From: Candidatus Pyrohabitans jungbluthii
Lineage (GTDB): Archaea; Hydrothermarchaeota; Hydrothermarchaeia; Hydrothermarchaeales; BMS3B
Reading direction: 5' to 3'
Length of the DNA: 64,000 nucleotides
Assembly (NCBI GenBank): GCA_002010065.2
Contig: MTMD02000008.1
Coordinates: forward strand, 128,001-192,000
In this document: in pieces, positions 57,552 through 64,000 of the stretch
How positions within the stretch are numbered: the first letter of the stretch is position 1
Layout: each line of letters opens with the position of its first letter
Position numbers and translations under genes: made by a program
The notes under the pieces: model-generated
Told to the model about the DNA's origin: nothing
Databases searched by the model: none
Seen by the model: only the letters and a program-made list of their open reading frames with translations

Positions 57552-58868
57552 ATGAAACGCTGGATTTCAATGCGGGAGTATGTATTTGGGATTTTCCTTA
57601 TGAGCCTTGGGGTAGTATTGAACATCCTGTACTGGATGACTGAGCTTTTCATACGAAAGGAGACTCTCTACGGAGATTTCATGGAAGATCCGGTGGCTCA
57701 CACGTTGATCATCCTCTTCATACCCATAATGGTTGTAGTGGGCTACCAGTTCATGCAGGAGCGCAGGCTCAGGGCGCAGGTAGAGGAGGCGAGGCTTAAA
57801 GCTGAGCAGTCGCGGGAGAAGCTTCAGGAGTTCTTCAGAGAACTTGAAGGCATAATGCACACCGTACCCGCGGCGGTCATCACCACCGACGGCGAGGGGC
57901 TCATAAACTTCTTCAACCGCCGCGCCATGGAGTACCTCAAGAGGGGCGAGGGGGAAATTCTTGGCACTCCAATATGGGAATACTTCCAGGAACCAGAGGT
58001 GGAGGCCACGATACGGAAATTGCTCAGCGGCGAGCTTAAGGAAAAGATGGTGACCTTGGAGGCCACGCTCCACACCGGAAAGGCGGTGCAGCTCTCAATT
58101 TCGGCTGTTCCCGGAGGCGACAGGAAGGTGGAAGGCGTCGGCGTTGTCGCATCCTTGCTGGACATAACCAGGCTGAAGAAGCTTATGGAGGAGCTGGAGG
58201 AGACAAATCGCTATAAAAACCTTTTCCTGGACATACTTCGCCACGACCTGCTCAACCCTGCTGGCGTTATAGACAATTACATAGACCTCCTGCTAGAGGA
58301 CGCTAAGGAAGGCGAGAAGGAAGACCTCACCGCCATGAAGCGTGCTGTTAAGAAGATTTTAGACATAATTGAGGATGCCGCCAAGCTTGCTAAGCTGGAG
58401 AGAATCGAGCCGAAGTTCAAGGATATGGACCTTGACAGCGTAATCAGAGAGGTGATAGAGGATTTCAAGCCCCTGCTCAGGGAGGCAGGGATGGAGGTTG
58501 AGTACACCTCCAGGAGTGGCCTTTCCATAAAGGCGAGCCCTCTGCTCTACGATGTTTTTGCTAATCTTTTGAGCAACGCCATAAAGTACGCGAGGGACGG
58601 TAAGAAGGTGGTCATCGAGGTGGAAGACGATGGAAGTAACTACATCATTCGGGTTAAGGACTTCGGCGAGGGTGTGCCGGACGAGTTCAAGAAGGTTATA
58701 TTTGAGCGCTTCAAGCGCAAGGAGAAGCGCGGGGTAAAGGGCACAGGTCTGGGGCTTGCCATAGTCAAGAGGATAGTGGAGATGCACTCCGGCAAAGTGT
58801 GGGTGGAGGACAACTCCCCTAGGGGCGCAGTTTTTGTGGTTAAGCTGCCCAAGCGCAGGGAAGGCTAA
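57552..58868 (+). CDS. Two-TM PAS histidine kinase
   Basis: AVITTDGEG.I.FFN, DIT, RHDLLNP, NLLSNAIKY, GTGLGL. Confidence 0.92.
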   Translation: MKRWISMREYVFGIFLMSLGVVLNILYWMTELFIRKETLYGDFMEDPVAHTLIILFIPIMVVVGYQFMQERRLRAQVEEARLKAEQSREKLQEFFRELEGIMHTVPAAVITTDGEGLINFFNRRAMEYLKRGEGEILGTPIWEYFQEPEVEATIRKLLSGELKEKMVTLEATLHTGKAVQLSISAVPGGDRKVEGVGVVASLLDITRLKKLMEELEETNRYKNLFLDILRHDLLNPAGVIDNYIDLLLEDAKEGEKEDLTAMKRAVKKILDIIEDAAKLAKLERIEPKFKDMDLDSVIREVIEDFKPLLREAGMEVEYTSRSGLSIKASPLLYDVFANLLSNAIKYARDGKKVVIEVEDDGSNYIIRVKDFGEGVPDEFKKVIFERFKRKEKRGVKGTGLGLAIVKRIVEMHSGKVWVEDNSPRGAVFVVKLPKRREG

Positions 58869-59044
58869 GCCTTCCAGTGCTCCCTCTCTTCATCCTATAT
58901 CAACGGGTATATTAAATTCCGGCATATTTTTCCCTTTGTTTTATCCTCTCCTTATATGCTTTCATTTTACAAATTAAAGATTAGAATAGAGGAGGGAGGA
59001 TTAGTTATTACAAAAGTTTAGAAACCTGCGTAACTCTTTAAAAA

Positions 59045-59118
59045 GGTGCTGGAGGAGGTCTGTGAAAACAGCCTCAGCAGACCCCCAGCACCCTAAACCT
59101 GCCTAGTAGCGCTGGCAG
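59045..59118 (-). terminator. Two GC-rich hairpins followed by a T-run on the minus strand (terminator or small structured RNA)
   Basis: GGTGCTGG/CCAGCACC plus GGTCTG/CAGACC (59045..59092) and CTGCC/GGCAG (59099..59118). Confidence 0.45.
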
Positions 59119-59134
59119 ACGATGCCGATAAGCT

Positions 59135-59563
59135 TCACTCTGCACTTACCTTTGCCTCATACTTTGAGGGACACTTTACAAGCAGCTTATTTGCTATGAG
59201 TGTATCCCCGCGGAGTGTGCCTATGGCAACGACGTCTATCTGCGAGTTGGGATCAAACTCCTTATCCAGCGGGAAGGTTGCGGGTATAACACCATAGTAG
59301 GCCACCTTTATGCTCGCCTTGCCGTCGGTGAGGGTGAAGTTCAGATTCTTGGGCACCCAGCTTACTGTGCCTTCAACCACATAACCCTGAACCTGGACCT
59401 GCTTGCCCTGGTAGCTCTGGGCGTTATTAACAACCTCGCTCACACTCTTGTAGGGGTTCACAAAGCTCTCGCTAGAAGTCGTGCTGAAGGCTATGCCAAC
59501 AAAAACCAGAACTACCGCAACACCCACAAGGTATTTGAGATTCTTTGCGGTCTTCTTATCCAT
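59135..59563 (-). CDS. ccmE: CcmE-like heme chaperone, CxxxY (System I*) type
   Basis: N-terminal TM anchor, V.G.V..G, F.LTDG...I.V.Y.G..P..F, A..LL.KCPSKY. Confidence 0.88.
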   Translation of the reverse strand: MDKKTAKNLKYLVGVAVVLVFVGIAFSTTSSESFVNPYKSVSEVVNNAQSYQGKQVQVQGYVVEGTVSWVPKNLNFTLTDGKASIKVAYYGVIPATFPLDKEFDPNSQIDVVAIGTLRGDTLIANKLLVKCPSKYEAKVSAE

Positions 59564-59593
59564 ACCTTCACCTCAAAAATAAAAAAGGAAGAG

Positions 59594-59662
59594 CTACATG
59601 CAGCTCTTGTGGCACTTACAGGTTGTATATGCAGCTTTCTTCTCCCTCTTCACAATTCTCAT
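59594..59662 (-). CDS. Candidate 22-aa Cys-rich micropeptide MRIVKREKKAAYTTCKCHKSCM
   Basis: GGTGA RBS 5 nt upstream, TATA-like box and palindrome further upstream, T-tract downstream; the start is conserved in the second copy as MKIVKL* (260..280). Confidence 0.6.
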   Translation of the reverse strand: MRIVKREKKAAYTTCKCHKSCM

Positions 59663-59695
59663 AATAATCACCGAGTTATTTACTGTTCGGGCGAT

Positions 59696-59726
59696 ACATA
59701 TATTTTGTGCTTTACAAACTGTCAAA
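59696..59726 (-). promoter_or_regulatory. Palindrome TTGACA-N3-TGTAAA plus TATA-like box
   Basis: Matches 195..225 except for one base. Confidence 0.55.
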
Positions 59727-59742
59727 CTTCTGGACACCTTAC

Positions 59743-60360
59743 TTATTTCTCCGCAATGATGAAACGAAAGACTGAAGTCAAAAGCCATTCCTCTTTGACT
59801 ACCCTGAACCCGGCTTTCCTTATGTTCTCAACCGTTCGTCTGTTTATCTCAGGTCCAAAGACCCTCGCTATTGGATTAAGCACGTCTAGAATCACTCCAC
59901 CAATTTCATTCTCACACCTCATGTGTTCCAGAAAGTAAACTCTACCCCCCGGTTTCAGCACCCTGTAGAGCTCTCTCAGACCTCTTATCGGATTCTCTAC
60001 AGAGCAGAATACGTATGTAGACACCGCCGCGTCGAAGACGTCATTTTTGAAGGGTAATGCCTCAGCATCACATTGAATAAGCTCCACATTCTTCCTGAGC
60101 TTTTCTACCTTCTCTTTTGCTTTTTCAAGCATCTTTAGGCTGATATCAATTCCAATAAAGTTTCCCCCTCCGTAATACTGTATGTTCTTACCTGTTCCTA
60201 TACCCACCTCGAGAATACGATTTCCCTCAAGCCTCTCAAAAAGCAGCTTCCTCCACTTGGAAAAAGCCATAACCTCCATTGGAGACTCGAAAACGTCATA
60301 AAGTGCGGCGGCCCTATCGTACCTCTTCTTATCCACTCCCCTCTTGATATATTCACCCAT
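59743..60360 (-). CDS. Class I SAM-dependent methyltransferase
   Basis: ILEVGIGTG, GIDIS..ML, DAE.LPF, FCSV, RVLKPGG...LEH. Confidence 0.92.
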   Translation of the reverse strand: MGEYIKRGVDKKRYDRAAALYDVFESPMEVMAFSKWRKLLFERLEGNRILEVGIGTGKNIQYYGGGNFIGIDISLKMLEKAKEKVEKLRKNVELIQCDAEALPFKNDVFDAAVSTYVFCSVENPIRGLRELYRVLKPGGRVYFLEHMRCENEIGGVILDVLNPIARVFGPEINRRTVENIRKAGFRVVKEEWLLTSVFRFIIAEK

Positions 60361-60418
60361 ATTTCCCCCTTCTTGATGTTATATTGGGTAACAATAACCA
60401 CAAGTCCAGAAATTGTAT

Positions 60419-60892
60419 CTAATTCTCAGTCACATACGCCTCAAGAAATTGCAGGAAAATATCCTTTGGCATGTATCCCACTGCCTTGTCCAGGAATTTA
60501 CCGTTTTTATCCAGAATCACAAAGGATGGATGACCGGTTATGCGGTAAAGAATGAGCAATCTCCTATTTTCCGGTAGGTCTGAGTCTATTTTCACAGGCA
60601 CAAAGTTCTCTGAAACAAAATCTATAACCTCTCCATCGCTCATCACTTCCTTATCCATCTTCACACACCAGCTACACCAACCAGCCCAGAAGTTTATGAG
60701 CACGGGCTTATCCACCTCCTTTGCCACCTGAACACCCTTATTGAGGTCATTCCATATCCAGTTTATCTGATGGTCTGCACCCTTCGCTGCACTGCTATCC
60801 ACCTGAACATTTCCACCCTGAGATTGAAAGAAGAATATGAAGAGAAGCAAAGTTAAACCCAAGCCGAGTAGACCAAACAACCGCTTATCCAT
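60419..60892 (-). CDS. Membrane-anchored thioredoxin-fold protein
   Basis: N-terminal TM, KPVLINF.A.WCSWC..M, HPSFVILD..G. Confidence 0.88.
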   Translation of the reverse strand: MDKRLFGLLGLGLTLLLFIFFFQSQGGNVQVDSSAAKGADHQINWIWNDLNKGVQVAKEVDKPVLINFWAGWCSWCVKMDKEVMSDGEVIDFVSENFVPVKIDSDLPENRRLLILYRITGHPSFVILDKNGKFLDKAVGYMPKDIFLQFLEAYVTEN

Positions 60893-61059
60893 GTTATCAG
60901 TCCCTCGTTTAACAGGTACTCTGGATTGTCATGTTAAAAATACCTTTCTCCTGACAAAATGAAGACAATTGTGCGAAAATATTTTTCAAAATGTAACCGA
61001 TACATCTGTGACAATATGAAAAACCTCCTGTTGCCAGAGGATCATCAATGTCAACAGCC

Positions 61060-61551
61060 TTATACCTCATTTACTGCAAAGCATTTAGCCTCCCTTTCGC
61101 TGGTAAACTCCAGTCGCTTTATCTTCTCCTCGTAATGCTTAACCCTCTGTGAAAGATGCTTAGTTACAATGTCCACATTCCTGTAGTTTATCCTGCACTG
61201 CCTCTCCCTGTGCATACAGTTAATAAGCTTGCGGTAGGTGTTGGTTGCGCATTCAACCTCACCAAGTTCCTCATATATGCGGGCCGCTTCCACATAGCAG
61301 CCTTTGGCCAGGTCGATTAACATGAGCATTGCAGGCTCATACCTTGCGCTGCGCATATTCACATAAACTGTTAGATAGCAGTCGCCAGCAAGCTGGTAAA
61401 GCGCTGCTGCACGGAGGGTGTTACCCTGCCTCTCAGCTTCTGCTCCCTGTTCCATAAAACTCCTCGCCAGCTCAAGTACGGCGGCACTTCCCCTTCGCAT
61501 CGCCGCATTCAGCTCTTCATAACCAATTCTCAGCATTGCACCTATGTCCAT
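61060..61551 (-). CDS. Hypothetical helical-repeat (TPR/SNAP-like) protein
   Basis: ATG after GGAGGT; AAALYQLAGDCY and AKGCYVEAARIYEELG repeats. Confidence 0.6.
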   Translation of the reverse strand: MDIGAMLRIGYEELNAAMRRGSAAVLELARSFMEQGAEAERQGNTLRAAALYQLAGDCYLTVYVNMRSARYEPAMLMLIDLAKGCYVEAARIYEELGEVECATNTYRKLINCMHRERQCRINYRNVDIVTKHLSQRVKHYEEKIKRLEFTSEREAKCFAVNEV

Positions 61552-61791
61552 GCTTTCAACCTCCACTGATGCATGAGCATGCCTGTTGTACCCATTTGAG
61601 ATCACATTGACGCCTACTTTTGCAGCAGCCGAGCTATAATTTGTCCATAAAACCAAGGCATCCTCCTGAAAGAAAAAAGCATAAGCACGGTTACAAACGT
61701 TTAATACCGTCCATAACTGCATAAAGAGACTAAAATCAGAATATTATATCTTAATAATCCAGTACCATGCCCGGAACAAATTTTCATAAAA

Positions 61792-62247
61792 ATGGAGAGG
61801 TTACCTAACTACCATATGGTGATGCACCAGCGGAGAGTTCGTTCGTGGCATGGGGTGGAGTTTGACATAAAAATTATAAATCAGAACTGGGCTAAGCTCG
61901 GAATTCTACCGCCTCATCCGCAGCTGGTAAACCTCATAATCAGGAAGGGGCTAGAGAGGAATAAAAACATCCAGATGCAGATTTTACATGAGTTTGGTCA
62001 TGTTCAGACGTTTCCATTCGTTTTTCTATATTATCTCCCTCTCTATCTTTCAGCAAAGCTTGGAAATATAAATAATTGGTTTGTTGCAACTCTTGGTCTG
62101 TTCTTCTTTTGGGAGATGGTCGCCGAAATCTATGTTTTCTTCAAGGATGAAAATTATATTAACGCATATATTAATAACCTGAGCCTTTACACTGTATTTT
62201 TCTGGGTAATCGCAGTGATTTTTATAGTTCTGCCATTCGTGTGGTGA
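61792..62247 (+). CDS. Hypothetical membrane protein with HExxH motif
   Basis: LHEFGH, downstream WEMVAE and three hydrophobic segments. Confidence 0.65.
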   Translation: MERLPNYHMVMHQRRVRSWHGVEFDIKIINQNWAKLGILPPHPQLVNLIIRKGLERNKNIQMQILHEFGHVQTFPFVFLYYLPLYLSAKLGNINNWFVATLGLFFFWEMVAEIYVFFKDENYINAYINNLSLYTVFFWVIAVIFIVLPFVW

Positions 62248-62284
62248 ATGAATTTTTTAAATCCACATAAAAATCCTTGGAATA

Positions 62285-62554
62285 TTACTTCTTTAATTTG
62301 GTCTCGAGGAAATCGCCTATTATTGTGCCAGCGATGAAAATTATGGTGTAGATAGCGATTACTATAATGAAACCTATAAGCGTGGCACCAAAGAACAGAA
62401 AGCCACCCATGAAGAAGCTCAGCAAGCCGAAAACGATGCCAGTGATAACACCTATCTTCAGACCCTTCTTGAGCAACTTCATCTTATCTTCCTTTCCGGG
62501 ACTCACATATCCGTAGACTACTCCGGCGATAAATACCAGCAGGTCAAGGGTCAT
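62285..62554 (-). CDS. Small three-TM membrane protein
   Basis: YGY..PGKEDK..LLKKG and Gly-rich TM helices. Confidence 0.75.
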   Translation of the reverse strand: MTLDLLVFIAGVVYGYVSPGKEDKMKLLKKGLKIGVITGIVFGLLSFFMGGFLFFGATLIGFIIVIAIYTIIFIAGTIIGDFLETKLKK

Positions 62555-62667
62555 ATTTGTTTATATAGCCTACCAGCTATAAAATCCTTTGGATTTATAC
62601 TGATATTTAAAACAAAGCTTTTATTCCTTTAACTCTATATTGATTAAAAATCCGGAGGAGGTAGGTT

Positions 62668-62901
62668 ATGAAGACTTTTACCAGAGAGGAGCTGAAGAAA
62701 TACCATGGTCTTGGAGGAAATCCTGCCTACGTGGCTTATAAGGGGAGGGTTTATGATGTCTCAGCAAGTGCGGTGTGGGAAATGGGCTCTCACATGGCTA
62801 AGCACCTAGCTGGCTACGATTTGACGGAAGCTATTAATGAAGCCCCGCACGATGCAAGCAGACTTGACAAATTCCCAGTGGTTGGGGAACTGAAAGATTA
62901 G
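62668..62901 (+). CDS. Cytochrome b5-like heme/steroid-binding protein
   Basis: FT.EEL.KY.G, YVAY.G.VYDVS, H...H.AG.DLT, APH, FPVVG.L. Confidence 0.9.
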   Translation: MKTFTREELKKYHGLGGNPAYVAYKGRVYDVSASAVWEMGSHMAKHLAGYDLTEAINEAPHDASRLDKFPVVGELKD

Positions 62902-62910
62902 GTACAGAGC

Positions 62911-63480
62911 ATGCCCCACAAGTTCGACGCTGCTTGGGCAAGTATCCTGGAGGATGAGGAAAGGAAGGAGTTTCTGCCGCCAGTGGAGATACTTAAGAGG
63001 TTAGGTGTGAGAGAGGGCATTACCTTCGCTGACATAGGCTGCGGCACGGGCTACTTCACTATACCAGCAGCCGAGCTGGTGGGCAGGGGAAGAGTATTTG
63101 CCATCGATGTGCAGGCAGAGATGCTCGAGCTTCTGAAGAAGAAAATCAAAGACAGGGAGAACATAACCATTGTTAAGTCCAGTGAGGATACAATTCCACT
63201 TCCAAGTGAATCTGTGGACATAACCTTTATGGGAGATGTGCTCCACGAACTCGAGGGAGAGGGGACGCTGAGGGAGGCGTACCGCATCCTCAGGCGTGGA
63301 GGTGTTCTGGGAGTGGTGGACTGGAAGAAGGAGAAAATGGAAATTGGACCACCTTTTGAGGACAGGCTCTCTATAGAGGAGGCGAAAGCAAAGATAAAAG
63401 GGGTAGGATTTTCAGTAACGGAGAGCTTCGAAATTCCACCTTACCATTACTGCTTGATAGCGAAGAAGGATGAGCCCTAA
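62911..63480 (+). CDS. Class I SAM-dependent methyltransferase
   Basis: ADIGCGTGYF, AIDVQ..ML, LHE, VDW, GPP...RL. Confidence 0.9.
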   Translation: MPHKFDAAWASILEDEERKEFLPPVEILKRLGVREGITFADIGCGTGYFTIPAAELVGRGRVFAIDVQAEMLELLKKKIKDRENITIVKSSEDTIPLPSESVDITFMGDVLHELEGEGTLREAYRILRRGGVLGVVDWKKEKMEIGPPFEDRLSIEEAKAKIKGVGFSVTESFEIPPYHYCLIAKKDEP

Positions 63481-63519
63481 GCTGAATTGGTAGAATAAAC
63501 CCAAGAGAAATGAATGGCA

Positions 63520-63592
63520 AGCCCCGAGGGGGATTTGAACCCCCGACCTGCTGATTACGAGTCAGCCGCTCTTCCAGCTGAGCTACCGGGGC
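63520..63592 (-). tRNA. tRNA-Thr(CGT)
   Basis: Acceptor GCCCCGG/TCGGGGC, anticodon arm GCTGA-CTCGTAA-TCAGC, T arm GGGGG-TTCAAAT-CCCCC. Confidence 0.95.
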
Positions 63593-63689
63593 ACTCCGTC
63601 ACGCCGGAAGCAAGCTTCCGGGTAACTACTGCACAAATAGCATTTTCACGTAATATAAATTATTTATACCACGAGCCTAACTTAGAAGC

Positions 63690-64000
63690 ATGAAAATTCT
63701 GGGCATCGACGAGGCTGGGCGTGGTCCTGTTTTGGGCAACCTAATCGTCGCTGGAGTCGCCTGCGAGGAAGAGGAGCAGGCAACCCTCGTGAAGATAGGA
63801 GTTAAAGACTCAAAAAAATTATCACCAGAAAGAAGGGAGGAAATCTTCGAGGAACTTGTCTCATCCTTTACCTACCGTGTGGTAGAGTTTACGCCCCGGG
63901 AGATAGACTCAAGACACCGCCGCAGGGAAACCCTCAACCAGATGGAAGCCAGAGCAATGATCGAGCTAATCAACCACTTTTCTCCGGATGTAGCGTACAT
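63690..64000 (+). CDS. rnhB: Ribonuclease HII (5' part, runs off the window)
   Basis: [16 protein letters not shown]...[15 protein letters not shown]...TLNQME. Confidence 0.94.
   Translation, partial: MKILGIDEAGRGPVLGNLIVAGVACEEEEQATLVKIGVKDSKKLSPERREEIFEELVSSFTYRVVEFTPREIDSRHRRRETLNQMEARAMIELINHFSPDVAY

Noticed and set aside
59045-59134. Fluoride riboswitch or SECIS element
   Set aside because: Consensus nucleotides do not match, it lies 3' of both neighbouring genes, and neither gene has an in-frame TGA.
59130-63592. Integrated element anchored at tRNA-Thr
   Set aside because: The genes look accessory, but I found no duplicate of the tRNA 3' end and no integrase; an exact-match search could still overturn this.
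1-64000. CRISPR array, rRNA, transposase or integrase
   Set aside because: No regularly spaced repeats, rRNA-like tracts or recombinase motifs were seen by eye.

Overview
Archaeal chromosomal DNA. TBP, TFE, aIF2-beta, FEN1, a BHB-intron tRNA-Trp, GGTGA/GGAGG ribosome-binding sites and BRE-TATA promoters point to a euryarchaeal-type lineage, and BpsA plus TtuA/TtuB suggest a thermophile; the taxon cannot be fixed from sequence alone. Most of the window is housekeeping: his genes, F420 precursor synthase cofGH, polyamine synthesis, the mvk-ipk-fni-rnj-gltX operon, cobS/cobY, Lhr, three tRNAs and partial RNase HII. It also holds a cysteate synthase-comDE (coenzyme M-type) operon, five histidine kinases (two with extracellular CxxCH sensor domains) and an AT-rich solitary HNH gene. 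The best new candidate is a 22-codon Cys-rich micro-ORF (MRIVKREKKAAYTTCKCHKSCM, 59594..59662, minus strand). It has its own RBS and promoter and lies between a methyltransferase and a ccmE-like gene. A decayed inverted copy of the same promoter cassette sits upstream of the rhodanese-copper ATPase genes at the other end of the window. A second candidate is a pair of short ORFs in the leader of the speD-bpsA polyamine operon. All product calls come from recognising motifs by eye, not from database searches.
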